A stretch of DNA of 63,756 nt, the filler included, from Chiloscyllium plagiosum (Eukaryota): NCBI RefSeq assembly GCF_004010195.1. It is 4 parts of 2 records of this genome, joined end to end, with 100 filler letters (N's around TTAATTAATTAA, not from the genome) between each part and the next. Parts side by side here need not be neighbours in the genome. Positions count along the whole stretch, not along the records: positions 1 to 19,938 come from NC_057713.1; 3 more parts are not named here. The stretch is one strand, 5' to 3'. The notes under the pieces are model-generated. The model was given only the letters and a program-made list of their open reading frames with translations, was not told the origin of the DNA and made no database searches. The position numbers were made by a program, and so were the translations under genes. Positions 1 through 12,370 of the stretch are shown in pieces. The first letter of the stretch is position 1, and every line of letters begins with the position of its first letter.

Positions 1-507
1 GAGGGTGCAGAGAAGGTTTACGAGGATGTTGCCTGGTACGGAAGGTGCTAGCTATGAAGAGAGGTTGAGTAGGTTAGGATTGTTTTCATTAGAAAAAAGG
101 AAATTGAGGGGGGACCTGATTGAGGTCTACAAAATCATGAAGGGTATAGACAGGGTGGATAGAGACAAGCTTTTTCCCAGGGTGAAGGATTCAATAACAA
201 GAGGTCACACTTTCAAGGTGAGAGGTGGAAAGTTTAAGGGGGATACACGTGGCAAGTACTTCACACAGAGGGTGGTAGGTTTCTGGAACGCGTTGCCAGC
301 AGAGGTGGTAGAGGCCGGCACGGTAGATTCGTTTAAGATGCGTCTGGACAGATGCATGAGCAGGTGGGGAGCAGAGGTATACAGATGCTTAGGAATTGAC
401 CGACAGGTTTAGACAGTAGATTTGGATCGGCTCAGGCTTGGAGGGCCGAAGGGCCTGTTCCTGGGCTGTAAATTTTCTTTGTTCTTTGTTCTTTGTTCTC
501 GTTCTGT
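1..507 (+). mobile_element. CR1-clade LINE 3' end (ORF2 C-terminus, 3'UTR, microsatellite tail)
   Basis: ORF QRRFTRMLPG..YEERL..LGLFSLEKRKLRGDLIEVYKIM..TRGH..FTQRVV..WNALP; tail gggccgaagggcctgtt followed by (ttctttg)n. Confidence 0.92.
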
Positions 508-587
508 TCTCTCTCTTTCCCAATCTATTACCATCCAGTTAATCATTTTCCTTCTATCTTTGTGACCAAAGTGAATGACCTCACATG

Positions 588-890
588 ATTAAATTAGATT
601 TTCTATCGTATGGAAACAGGCCCTTCGGCTCAACCAGCCCACACCGACCCTCTGAAGAGTAACCCATTTCCCTCTGACTAATGCCCCTAACACTACGGGC
701 AATTTAGCATGGCCAATTCACCTGACCTGCACGTCTTTAGACTATGGGAGGAAACTGGAGCACCCGGAGGAAACCCGCACAGACACGGGGAGAATGTGCA
801 AACTCCTCACAGACAGTTGCCCGAGACTGGAATTGACCCTGGAACCGTGGTGGTTTGAGGCAGCAGTGCTAATCACTGAGCCAGCGTGCC
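588..890 (-). mobile_element. HE1-like tRNA-derived SINE
   Basis: Minus strand has A/B boxes (tggctcagtgattagc; gtcaattcc), central tgtgaggagtttgcacattctccccgtgtctg domain and a CR1-like tail; homologous to about 9 other copies here. Confidence 0.88.
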
Positions 891-1760
891 ACATTTATCC
901 ACATTAACTGCATCTGCCATGCAAATGCTCACTCACTCAGCCCAACCAAATCCTACTGCAACATCTTCCTCACAGTATACCCTTCCACCCAGCTTTGTGT
1001 CATCAGCAAACCTGGTGACTTAGGTATAGTTTTCTCATCTATATCACTAATATGTGCTATGAATAAACTGATCCTTGTGTTATCCCATGCGTCACTGCGT
1101 GTCACTACTCTTTGGTTCCTGTCTCTTAACTAGTTCTCTATCCATGTCAGTACACAGCCCCCAATCTCAAGAGCTTTAATTTTATTGGCTAATTTCTTAA
1201 ATTGGATCTTATCAATAACTTGAAAATCTAAGTAAACCACATCCCCTGGCTCCCTCTTATCTGAGTCCCCAAAAAGTTCAGCATGATCTTATTGAATGGC
1301 AGAACAGGTTCAAGGGGACAGATGGCCTACTCCTGCACCTAGTTCTTATGTTCTCATCAATCTACAAGTTACATTCTCAAAAACATTCCAGTAGATCTGT
1401 CAAACATGATTTCCCTTTTGTAAATCAATGCTAACTCTGTCCAATCCTCACTCTGTTTTTCAAGTGCTCTACTATTAATCTTTTATGATGGACTTTAGCA
1501 TTCTCCCTACTACTGAGGCCAGGCTAACTTCTCTATAATAAATCAGCCGAGGCACCAAAACCAGTAATGGCAGATCTTGCCCAGCTGAGCCTGATTCGTG
1601 TACAGGAGCAGGGATGTCTTTCTGCACTTGTATGAGCCTTTGATAAGACCACACCTGGAGTACTGTGCGCAGCTTTGGTCTCCTTATCTGAGGAAGGACA
1701 TTCTGGTTGTGGAAGGAGTGCAGCAAAGGTTTCCCAGACTGATTCCTGGGGCAACATATG
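891..1760. mobile_element. Cluster of old CR1 ORF2 fragments in both orientations
   Basis: Minus-strand VSLASVVGRMLKSIIKD (RT N-terminal); plus-strand LIRPHLEYCAQLWSPYLRKDILVVEGVQQRFPRLIPG. Confidence 0.75.
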
Positions 1761-1808
1761 AAAAATCTTCCATACTAACATCTGAACTATTGTGCTAAAG
1801 CTGGGAGT

Positions 1809-1843
1809 AAAGTCCCAAAGTCCCAAAGTCCCAAAGTCCCAAA
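1809..1843. repeat. 8-bp tandem repeat (aaagtccc) x4
   Basis: Read directly from the sequence. Confidence 0.9.
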
Positions 1844-4081
1844 GCCAAATCACATTCACCAATTGAGCCTTACAACATGTGCCCAGACATTGTCACCATC
1901 ATTCACAAAACATAGAACAGAACAACACAGGAACAGGCCCTTCAGCCCACCATGTCTATGCTGATCATGATGCCATTCTAAACTGATCTCATCTGCCTGA
2001 ACATGCTCTGTGTCCCTCTATTCCCTGTTCATGTGTCTGTCTGAATGCCTGTTATACATTGCTGTTGTATTTGCTTCGACCACCTTCCCTTGCAGCACAA
2101 TCCATGGTGTCATGGGCAAAATTAGTGTTTTTTCTTACTGTCTATGACTCAATTGTATTAATGTGTGAAAGGGTGTGTTTTCTCATCCTCAGAGTCATTT
2201 GTCCCAACTTAAATAATCCAGGAGCAAGCTTTAAAGAGTTTGAAAATAAGATTATTTATTTTTCACACACTTGCCCCGTTTTATTTGAAATCACTTCACC
2301 TCACTCATTGGACAATTGCTCACAAAAATGGCAAAAGTATCTAATTACGGTTTGAAATGATTTTGGATGTTTGCACTGGAGACCTGCAGGAATCCCTTGA
2401 GACAGCTGTAGGTAATGCTGCTGGTTCTTTACAAAGCAGCAAGTCCTCCCAATGACTGCAAACGCATCCACTAAAGTGGCTCAGGTGGGTGCCCACGAGT
2501 TGGCTGTGCCACCCAGTTTTCTGCTTCTGTTGCTGAGCTCCCCTCCTGGTGTTTTCCTCTGGCATTTTGTCAGTGCCCTCAGCTCCCAGACTGTCATCAG
2601 TAAGCTGATCTGTAATCACCATTTCCCATCAAGAAGGCTGGGCAAATTGACAGAGCATTGTGGAAGCAGGGAGATGCAAGTCAAGCACCTCTACGCTGGT
2701 GAGAAAATAACATTATCCTGAGGCTAATATTCATCTTTGAACAAAAGAAAAGTTTTCTTTGGCATTCCTTCTGTTAATGTCTCAGACAGACAGGAGCAGC
2801 TGCTACTTTATCATGGCACAGTCCGTATACTGAGGCAAACAGGATGGTCTGAACACAGCTTACTGTGGGTGATAAACGGTTGTTGTGATATTTCTCCCAG
2901 TCACAGCAAATCATGGCAAATCAATTATTATAACTGTCATTAAAGAAAAGATAATGACCCATTTCCCAACAGAAAGGAATAATATAAAAAAAACCTTTTC
3001 AACCTGTTTGGAGTGATAGCGTTCTTGTTCAGCAATGACAGGGTAGTTTTCCATCATTAAAAACATCTAGTGATTGCAACAATGTGCTCCTGTTCAGATA
3101 ATATTGGAAATGCAGGCAAGAAATTTCTATACAGCAGCTTCCAATGATCTTATGTAGCCGTTCAAGTTCATGATTTATTTGTTTGGAGAAACTTTTGACA
3201 ATTAGACATAGAACTCACACAGTATAGAGTACCATTTGGCCCATCAGGCTGTGCTGGCTTTTCTATTGGAACTATCTTCTGTAATCTGAATTCTCTGTGT
3301 CATTTTATATTGTTCCTTTTCAAAGCTTTATTCAGTACCCTTTTAAATGTGGTGTCTGTCTCAATTGCCAGCTGTGATAAAGCTTTCTATGTTCAAATAG
3401 TATCTGTGTAAAAAAAATCATTTTACTTCCTCTTTCATTCGTGCAGTGATAACCCTGAGGTTATAACTCTTTGTTACTGATTTGTCAACCCACGGAGACA
3501 ATCTTTCAGTATTGATCCTCTTTAAAACCTTTATTAGCTCCCAACTTTAACCTTTTTTTGTTACTCACACAAGTCTTTGAGCCTTTGTTTTTAACTCTAG
3601 CTGATTATTCTTGATTCTACAGAATTTCAATTATTTGATAGTTAATATTGATTCATTTTTACTGTTTTGGTGCCCTATTCAAGACCTAACTTAAAATAGA
3701 AAATACATATTTCAGCAGCTATAATAGCAGCTAATAATGGGGTAGTTTTTGAGCCCCATCCAACCCCCAATCATTGCTGCGATTTGAGGCTTCAAACAGT
3801 ATCAGGTATATACTTCAATGTCTAAAGTAAAGACAAAAACTTCAATCTACCTTCATTATACTAAGCTGAAATATTTTACTATCTACACTATCTATTTGAT
3901 AATTGATTTATTGTGATGTGAAGAATTATATTCATTTTATAATGGTTCAGGACACTGTGTTAAATGAAAATGTAAGATTTTTTAAAAAATCTTGTTTGCG
4001 CTCTGTCGTGTAATTTTGTGTAGTGTAGTAAGGGGAACTGTCAGGGTGGATCAAGGAATAATGCTTTTGTTAGCTGAGAGT

Positions 4082-4489
4082 TGAAACTTTATTGCTGGAA
4101 CAGCACAGCAGGTCAGGCAGCATCCAGGGAACAGGAGACCAGTTTCTTCATCCCCCCTCCCCCCACCTTGTCTCAGCCGAATCCCTCCAGCCCGGCACCG
4201 CCTTCCTGACCTGCAGTCTTCTTCTTGACCTCTCCGCCTCCATCCTACTCCGACCTATCACCCTCACCTTGACCTCTTTCCACCTATCACATTTCCAACG
4301 CCCCTCCTCCAAGTCCCTCCTCCCTACCTTTTATCTTCTCCTGCTGAACACTCTCTGCTCATTCCTGAAGAAGGGCCTGTGCCCGAAACGTCGAATCTCC
4401 TGTTCCCTGGATGCTGCCTGACCTGCTGTGCTGTTCCAGCAATAAAGTTTCAACTTTGATCTCCAGCATCTGCAGACCTCACTTTCTCC
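4082..4489 (+). mobile_element. Penelope-like terminal repeat (family A) with inverted 5' arm and 17-bp TSD
   Basis: 4081-4138 is the reverse complement of 4395-4453; TSD ttttgttagctgagagt at 4065-4081 and 4490-4506; contains a hammerhead motif. Confidence 0.85.
4361..4396 (+). ncRNA. Minimal type-I hammerhead ribozyme motif (PLE family A)
   Basis: attc-CUGAAGA-a-gggc(ctgt)gccc-GAAA-cg-UC-gaat: helix I attc/gaat, helix II gggc/gccc, palindromic ACGU in place of helix III. Confidence 0.82.
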
Positions 4490-4705
4490 TTTTGTTAGCT
4501 GAGAGTCTGTCTTTTTGATTGTGGACTGAAATAGGAAAAGAACAGTCTTAAAAATTAAAAGTTGTTGAAGAATTGCTGCAGTTATTAAAATCAAGTAATG
4601 GGACACTCATTGCAAGTATTGTTTGCACAGCTGCTTGGTCAAGCCCTCGGGGAAGCCTCACCTTCAGGCAGGCTGGAGCCAATGGCTGTGTGTGACATGT
4701 AGCTA

Positions 4706-4866
4706 CAGCGCAACCTCGATTATCCAAACGACACGGGTGGGGAGAATTTTGTTCAGATAATAGAATGTTCGGATAACCCAGTTTACCCAAGCATCGGGAC
4801 CTTGAGATCTTGTTCGGATAATCCAAAATTTGGATAAGCGATGTTCGGTTAACCAAGGTTGTTCTG
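4706..4866. mobile_element. Tc1/mariner (Tigger/pogo-like) MITE
   Basis: TA flanks at 4704-4705 and 4867-4868; imperfect TIRs cagcgcaacctcgattatccaaac / gttcggttaaccaaggttgttctg; internal repeats of ttcggataa. Confidence 0.8.
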
Positions 4867-5361
4867 TATTTAGTTTGTGGATTAATGACCACTTTTCAAT
4901 AACAAAGGTCTTCTGCTGCTGGCAGTGATGTGATTACCTCCCAGTTAGTGCACACTTTGGCAGAAGCTATCAGATCTCTAGGAGAGAAGGAGATTTTGGT
5001 TTTGTTCTGCAGTAAAAAGCATTTGAAGCTTAAAGGTTGTCCGGCCAGCTTATTGCCTCTTTCCAGTTGCTGTAGGCTGTGACTTTTAATTGTTAAGTCA
5101 AAACTTTCATAAATGGGAAGCAATCCCCCTGTGCATCCTGTAAACAAGAGAAAGGAGATGGCGAAGGAGCATTCTGCTCACAACAAGAATCATCACAAAG
5201 TATCCCTGTGGATAAAGAGCTGATGAACCGCCTCCCCAGTCTTTCCATCAGCCCAGCGCATTCTGTTTGTTATTCCTGACTGTAGCCCTCTATATGTGTA
5301 TGTGTGTGTGTGGCCTGGAATTTATAAAGGGATTGGAGTTTTAACTAACAGAGTTATTTGT

Positions 5362-5531
5362 TGAAAAGTGTGGCACTGAAAAAGCACAGCAGGTCAGGCA
5401 GCATCTGAGGAGCAGGAGAGTTGATGTTTCGGGTGTAACCCTCCAGGAGTGTCCTGATCCTGATGAAGGTCTTTTCCAGCACCACACGTTTTAACTCTGA
5501 CTCACCAGCATCTGCAGTCCTCACTGTCTCC
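5362..5531. mobile_element. PLE family A fold-back remnant
   Basis: Family A arms; TSD taa(c/t)agagttatttgt at 5346-5361 and 5532-5547. Confidence 0.8.
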
Positions 5532-5586
5532 TAATAGAGTTATTTGTCAGTGGTTCATAAATGTCCATCCATGGCTAAAGCCATAG

Positions 5587-6315
5587 GGTCATAAAGTCAT
5601 ACAGCATTGAAACAGACCATTCGGTCCAACCAATCCATGCCAGCCATAATCCCAAGCTAAACTGGTCCCACCTGCCTGAGCTTGGCCCATATCCCTCCAA
5701 ACATTTCTTATTCATGAATGTATCCAAATGTTTTTTTTAATATTACAGCTGTGCCTGCATCTACTGTGGAAGTTCAATCTACACGTGAGCGTCCCTCATG
5801 TAACGTTTACATCTTCTCCCTCTCACCTTAAAAATATGCCCCCCCAGTCTTGAAATCCCCCACCCTAGGGAAAAGACACCTGCTCTTCACGTTACCTATA
5901 CCCCTCATTATTTTATAAACTTCTACACCTCTCAACCTCCTACACCCCAGTGAACAAAGTCCCAGCCTCTCCTTATGGCTCAAACCTCCATTCCTGGCAA
6001 CATCCTGGTAAATCTTTTCTGAACCTTTTCCAGCTTAATAATATCCTTCCTATAACTGGGTGATCAGAACTGGACAGAGTGCTCCAAAAGCTAGTGCTTC
6101 CAAATAAACCTGTTGGACCAAAACCTAGTCCAACTTCACTTTGTCCAGCCCAGTCCAACACTGGCATCTCCACGTCATTATCCCAGAAGAAGCATCACCA
6201 TTATCCTGTACAACCTCAACCTGACGTCCCAACTCGGAAACTCAATGGTCTGAGCGACACAGGCAAGCGTGCTAATCACCATCTTCATCACCTTGTCTAC
6301 CTATGACACAAACTT
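5587..6315 (-). mobile_element. CR1 LINE 3' fragment interrupted by a PLE family B piece (about 6078-6178)
   Basis: CR1 tail gtcataaagtcatacagcattgaaacagacc and ORF2 remnants; insert aagctagtgcttccaaataaacctgttggac...cagtccaacactggcatctcc. Confidence 0.8.
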
Positions 6316-6498
6316 CATTGCAATAAACAGTCTTTCTTGTTAAATGCAGAAATCTGATCTCTGCCGTCAACCTGAGGCTAAAAGTCTGCTACATTGGAAA
6401 ATTCCACATATTTTTAAAAATCTTTAAATTTTATGATGACTCTGGAAGTAACAGGGCTTGATATGTAACATGCTACCCCTGTAAGGAATAACAACATT

Positions 6499-6516
6499 TG
6501 GGGACTTATCCGGGAT
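6499..6516 (+). other. Primer-binding site (tRNA-Pro) of an LTR retrotransposon
   Basis: tggggacttatccgggat matches TGGGGGCTCGTCCGGGAT at 15/18; follows an LTR-like end (..taaca) with AATAAA at 6322 and precedes gag-like sequence. Confidence 0.7.
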
Positions 6517-6876
6517 TGTTTGAAAAGAGAAACAAGAATTGGGTGTGTTGTTAGTAAATATAACAATTAAAGGAAACATCAGCTTCTGTATTGCATTTAA
6601 AACTTGGCTCTGGAAATGGCCAAGGATTTCCTGTGGATGCAGGGTTGTCCTTGGCAGTCATAAGGGGAATTTCAAAACTCAGGCTGATTGATTTGGTGGG
6701 TAAACTAGAGGTAGCATTGCCTGACAGTGCTGGGAAGACAGTTCCTGTTTGCCCAAGGTGACCAAAATTTGAGGAAGAAGATGTGGAAGTATTCTTCATG
6801 CCATTTGAGAAAATGGCTAGATAAATGAATTGGGCAACAGAGGACTGGACAGTGTTCATTATACCCTAAGTTGACA

Positions 6877-6987
6877 AAGTCAGAACTCGCACAACACCAG
6901 ATTATAGTCCAAAAGGTTTATTTGAAATCACAAGCCTTCAGTGACTTCTGACTTTGTCCACCCCAGTCCAACACCAGTACCTCACAG
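6877..6987. mobile_element. PLE family B short fold-back remnant
   Basis: acaaagtcagaa / ttctgactttgt inverted arms; TSD taagttgaca at 6867-6876 and 6988-6997. Confidence 0.75.
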
Positions 6988-7941
6988 TAAGTTGACAGGT
7001 AAGCCACAGCAAATGTGTGCTTCACTGTCAGGGGGCATGTATAGGGATTATGTCTCTACAAAGACAACAACTTTACTGGCTGCAAATGAGTGACATACGG
7101 AGGGATATTGACAAATGAACCAGAATTTAAGGTAACAGCTGGACCAAAACTCTATTGAATTTGAAAGGGATAAGCAAGGTAATTTTGACAAGTAGATATG
7201 AGCATTAGAAGCTGAAACTGTGTGTGAAATTCTGAGAGTTATTCTCTTTGGAAAATTTGAAAATTCATTACCGTATGTAATAAGAACTCATGGTGAGAAT
7301 CGAACTGCTAGACAAGCAGTAATAATGGCTGACACTTATGAATTAATCCATAAAACTAAACCCCTTTTCCAGGGATTGAAACAGGAGAGTGACAGTAAGA
7401 TAGCCTAGGGAATGGATGGCTGAGGATGCCCCAAGATCTCCTGCCCAGATCAGCGAGTGAATGTACTGAGGATGGGGGTGAAAATCAGAAGATGGGGTGT
7501 TTCCAGTCTAACAAGGTGGGACACATTCATTCAGAAAGCTGGAAATTGCAAGGGAAACCCACAGGAATTATTGGAGATCATTAGAATGAGTCCTCAGAGG
7601 AACGTCGAAAGGAAAAGGCCATCAATCAGACGGAGTGTTTAACTACAACTAAGAGACTGGAGGTGAACACTGAAAACGAGCGCAGGGAATTTGGGGTAGA
7701 TGAGAAATTATTTTTTTTTAACTGAAGAGAAGATAATCTCTTTGTCTTCATCAAAGTCCATAACTATACTCAGAGACACAGGGGCTAATCAAATTCTCTT
7801 GCTGCAGAAGGATTTGGTTTTGCCTCCACAGAGTTCCTTGAAAGTATTGGTAAATGAGATCGGTGAAACGTATATCATGCTCCAGTCAAATAGAGTCCAA
7901 TTAGAATGCAGCTTGTTGTCTGGACTCATGGTGGATGGGGT

Positions 7942-8179
7942 AGATTAGATTACTTACAGTGTGGAAACAGGCCCCACTACGGGCAATTTAGCATGGCCAA
8001 TTCACCTAACCTGCACATCTTTGGACTGTGGGAGGAAACCTGAGCACCTGGAGGAAACCCACGCAGACACGGGGAGAATATGCAAACTCCACACAGATAG
8101 TTGCCCGAGGCGGGAATTGAACCCGGGTCTCTAGCACTGTGAGGCAGCAGTGCTAACCACTGCGCCAAAGTGCCGCCCA
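7942..8179 (-). mobile_element. HE1-like SINE (internally deleted) inserted in the protease region
   Basis: Close match to the 39784-40114 copy but missing part of the 3' region. Confidence 0.88.
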
Positions 8180-9156
8180 TAAGTTCATAACGGGGTAATT
8201 AAGAACTTACCAGTGGTTGGAGTTGATTTACTCCTGGGGACTAATATACACCATATGAGAAGTGAAAGATATAAATGAGCCCCATTGCGCAGTTGGATTC
8301 CCTGAGGAGCAGGTGCCAGCCAATGGTCTTCCAGACCCAGGAGTGGCCAGCAGGAGCCCAGAGTCAAGGCATATGATAGGCCGAGAAGCCTCTCACAAAT
8401 TAATAACTTTAACAAGTTCATGAGATGCAGGCTTTCTCTATGGTAGGGGAGGTGAGTTTGTCAAGACCTGCCTGTCCACACATTTAGACTCAAATTGGAA
8501 AAATCTCAGCCTGTTTACTTCTCTATAGTTTTTGAGACACACCCAACTGGCAAACACTCAGTCAGCTTCCTGCTGGTAGCAATTTGCACTTCTTCAAGCA
8601 CTGACAATCACAATTATGCACTCAAGTATATTCCAAAGGCATTTGATTATCCATTGAAAGAGGTTAATAATCTTGCTGTTGTATAGATCAATGAAAATAT
8701 TACAGCTGATTTTCACTTGTAAGCTCTGAGCGAAGCAAGCTGCTTGCTTACAGAGCCCGTCAGAAAAGGTTTCCATCCATTTGAAGGAATTGAAAAATAG
8801 TGCAGATACCACTATTTGTCAACCTGAACTTCTAGAATATTCCACCTTGTGGGCCTGATCAAAGAATAACCCTATTGCCTTCTTCTTGGCTACTTACTTT
8901 ACCCAGACCATTAATGCATTAGAGAGGGGAAGAGAAAAAAGTATGATATAAAGATCCTGGGCACAGAGAAATGCTTGCAAACTAACTGTTTGCATTGGAA
9001 AAGAAGAGATGGAGAATGGTGTAAGGGAGAAAGAAAGACTCAGAGATATGGAGTGGAATTTTCAGTAGATCCTTGTGAGTCTGAACACTGCAATATCTTT
9101 CCTACGCAAAGATGCTGATTGATTGAGAGTGAGCTGGAAGCATACTTAATGATGTT

Positions 9157-9329
9157 GGAGAAAGTGAGGGCTGCAGATGCTGGAGATCAGAGCTGAAAAT
9201 GTGTTGCTGGAAAAGCACAGCAGGTCAGGCAGCATCCAAGGAGCAGGAGAATCGATGTTTTGGGCATAAGCTGATTCCTGAAGAAGGGCTTGTGCCCGAA
9301 ACGTCGATTCTCCTGCTCCTTGGATACTG
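9157..9329. mobile_element. PLE family A fold-back element with intact + strand hammerhead (9274-9309)
   Basis: 16-bp TSD cttaatgatgttggag at 9145-9160 and 9330-9345; ttcCTGAAGAagggcttgtgcccGAAAcgTCga. Confidence 0.86.
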
Positions 9330-9642
9330 CTTAATGATGTTGGAGGCTGGAACTGGTTGTTGAGAGTGAATCTCACAAGCAGACAGCAGTCATGGTGGGC
9401 TTGCTATTGACTTGCAGAATGGATCAGGCAGGAGACTGGGCAGCCAGTAATTAAATGTCATCAGGTTCTGAAACTGTCCCATTCAAGTGAATGACAACAC
9501 TTAAGTATTGAGTTAGAAATTCCATTATTTCTTAATCTTTGAATGAACAGCTTAACATCAAGCACTGTTCTCCGAAATCTGGGATCAAACATGTCCACAG
9601 CTGTTAGCTGTTCCCAGTCTCAGATTGGAAATTTGAGACTTT

Positions 9643-9745
9643 CTTATTAATCTGTTCAGATGCGTTATGACACACCTCTGGGGCAGGTGGGAATTGAACC
9701 CAGGATCCCTGACTCAGAGTTAAGGACATGACCACAGCGACACTA
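9643..9745 (-). mobile_element. Short tRNA-derived SINE (same family as 36006-36120)
   Basis: Reverse complement gives tgtggtcatgtccttaactctgagtcagggatcctgggttcaattcccacctgccccagagg, with A/B boxes. Confidence 0.65.
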
Positions 9746-9881
9746 TAGTCCCAAACACTTCCCTCTATTTCTCTCCACATGGTAAAATCTTTTCAAAGGA
9801 TCTGAAGTCACCATAGTCCCACTGGATGACAGAGCTGCCCTCCTATTAGAGCGAGGTGATTGTTGGCTAAGTGATGGGAGA

Positions 9882-10173
9882 AGAGCTGAAAATGTGTTGC
9901 TGGAAAAGCGCAGCAGGTCAGGCAGCATCCAGGGAACAGGAGAATCGACGTTTCGGGCATAAGCCCTTCTTCAGGAATGAGGAGGGTGTGCCAAGCAGGC
10001 TAAGATAAAAGGTAGGGAGGAGGAACTTGGGAGAGGGACATTGGAAATGCGATAGGTTGGAAATGCCCGAAACGTCGATTCTCCTGCTCCTTGGATGCTG
10101 CCTGACATGCTGCGCTTTTCCAGCAACACATTTTCAGCTCTGATGTCCAGCATCTGCAGTCCTCACTTTCTCC
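9882..10173. mobile_element. PLE family A fold-back element with intact minus-strand hammerhead (9943-9978)
   Basis: Arms 9882-9959 and 10064-10141 are inverted; flanks agtgatgggaga / agtgatgagaga; nested in an older SINE. Confidence 0.85.
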
Positions 10174-10254
10174 TCAGTGATGAGAGAGACTGAGACGGAG
10201 AGTCACAGTACATTGAACCCACGCTGTCGGCCTTAGTCGGCATTGCAAACCAAT

Positions 10255-10570
10255 GGGTGGCACGGTGGCTCAGTGGTTAGCACTGCTGCCTCACAGCACC
10301 TGGGACCCAGGTTCGATTCCAGCCTCGGGCGACTGACTGTGTGGAGTTTACACATTCTCCCTGTGTCTGTATGGGTTTCCTCCGGGTGCTCTGCTTTCCT
10401 CCCACAGTCCAAAGATGTGCAGATCAGGTGAATTGGCCATACTAAATTGCCCATAGTGTTAGGTGCATTAGTCAGAGTGAAATGGGTCTGGGTGGGTTAC
10501 TCTTCAGAGGGTCGGTATGGACCTGTTGGGCCAAAGGGCTTGTTTCTGCACTGTAGGGAATCTAATCTAA
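10255..10570 (+). mobile_element. HE1-like SINE, full length
   Basis: gggtggcacggtggctcagtggttagc...ggttcgattcc...tail ctgtagggaatctaatcta. Confidence 0.9.
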
Positions 10571-10878
10571 ACAGTTCAGCCAAGAACCTAACAGGCTGTT
10601 AATTGGATGCGTTCAGTTGGAATCTTCCTGCCTAACCCACCCACACTTTGTGCATTGTGGCACATTGTGGAAGTGTTGGGCAGTCTGACACACCATCTGA
10701 AAGCTGTTTGGGTGTTCACACACAGCCTTGCCCCAGAGGCAATGGGAAATCCTGCCCATAGTTTGGACCATCATAGTTTGAACCAAATGTAAGCAGGTTA
10801 TTTAATGTGGCCAGGAACACTGACCTATAGCTTGAGGATTCAGATTCAACAAACCTAAATAAAGATACTGAAATTGAA

Positions 10879-12370
10879 GGATTAGGGAGAACACAAAGGC
10901 ATTTTACACTTATGTGAGGAATAAGAGAATGGTCAAAGAAAGAGTAGGGCCGATCAGGGATAGCATAGGGAACTTGTGTGTGGAGTCTGAGGAGGTAGGG
11001 GAAGCCCTAAATGAGTTTTTTGCTTCTGTCTTTACGAAAGAAACGAACTTTGTAGTGAATNNNNNNNNNNNNNNNNNNNNNNNNNNNNNNNNNNNNNNNN
11101 NNNNNNNNNNNNNNNNNNNNNNNNNNNNNNNNNNNNNNNNNNNNNNNNNNNNNNNNNNNNNNNNNNNNNNNNNNNNNNNNNNNNNNNNNNNNNNNNNNNN
11201 NNNNNNNNNNNNNNNNNNNNNNNNNNNNNNNNNNNNNNNNNNNNNNNNNNNNNNNNNNNNNNNNNNNNNNNNNNNNNNNNNNNNNNNNNNNNNNNNNNNN
11301 NNNNNNNNNNNNNNNNNNNNNNNNNNNNNNNNNNNNNNNNNNNNNNNNNNNNNNNNNNNNNNNNNNNNNNNNNNNNNNNNNNNNNNNNNNNNNNNNNNNN
11401 NNNNNNNNNNNNNNNNNNNNNNNNNNNNNNNNNNNNNNNNNNNNNNNNNNNNNNNNNNNNNNNNNNNNNNNNNNNNNNNNNNNNNNNNNNNNNNNNNNNN
11501 NNNNNNNNNNNNNNNNNNNNNNNNNNNNNNNNNNNNNNNNNNNNNNNNNNNNNNNNNNNNNNNNNNNNNNNNNNNNNNNNNNNNNNNNNNNNNNNNNNNN
11601 NNNNNNNNNNNNNNNNNNNNNNNNNNNNNNNNNNNNNNNNNNNNNNNNNNNNNNNNNNNNNNNNNNNNNNNNNNNNNNNNNNNNNNNNNNNNNNNNNNNN
11701 NNNNNNNNNNNNNNNNNNNNNNNNNNNNNNNNNNNNNNNNNNNNNNNNNNNNNNNNNNNNNNNNNNNNNNNNNNNNNNNNNNNNNNNNNNNNNNNNNNNN
11801 NNNNNNNNNNNNNNNNNNNNNNNNNNNNNNNNNNNNNNNNNNNNNNNNNNNNNNNNNNNNNNNNNNNNNNNNNNNNNNNNNNNNNNNNNNNNNNNNNNNN
11901 NNNNNNNNNNNNNNNNNNNNNNNNNNNNNNNNNNNNNNNNNNNNNNNNNNNNNNNNNNNNNNNNNNNNNNNNNNNNNNNNNNNNNNNNNNNNNTTCATTG
12001 GAGAAAAGGAGGAGGAGAGGGGACCTAATTGAGGTATACAAGATAATGAGAGGCATAGATAGAGTCGATAACCAGAGACTATTTCCCAGGGCAGAAATGA
12101 CTAACACGAGGGGTCATAGTTTTAAACTGGTTGTAGGAAAGTATAGAGGGAATGTCAGAGGCGGGTTATTTGCACAAGAGTTGTGAGAGCATGGAATGCG
12201 TTGTCAGCAGCATTTGTGGTGGCGGGGTCATTGGGGACATTTAAGAGACTCCTGGACATGCATATGGTCACAGAAATTTGATGGTGCATACATGAGGATC
12301 AGTGGTCGGCACAACATCGTGGGCTGAAGGGCCTGTTCTGTGCTGTACTGTTCTATGTTCTATGTTCTAA
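10879..12370 (+). mobile_element. CR1 LINE spanning an N gap
   Basis: RNKRMVKERVGPIRDSIGNLCVESEEVGEALNEFFASVFT before the gap; RRGDLIEVYKIMRG..TRGH and (ttctatg)n tail after it. Confidence 0.9.

Larger units (their letters stand above)
6700..8245 (+). mobile_element. Decayed Gypsy/Gmr1-like LTR retrotransposon gag-protease region
   Basis: PKFEEEDVEVFFMPFEKMAR*MNWATEDW (gag), ILFGKFENSLPYVIRTH..TARQAVIMADTYELIH, protease ITILRDTGANQILL ... LPVVGVDLLLGTN; stops and nested insertions. Confidence 0.78.

Noticed and set aside
10255..10330. tRNA-like A/B-box sequences (also 36006, 40040, 46402, 46817)
   Set aside because: Heads of SINEs continuing into SINE body and tail; not free-standing tRNA genes
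10910..12107. Long ORFs of 200-370 aa (also 38647-39389)
   Set aside because: Made of N-run translations
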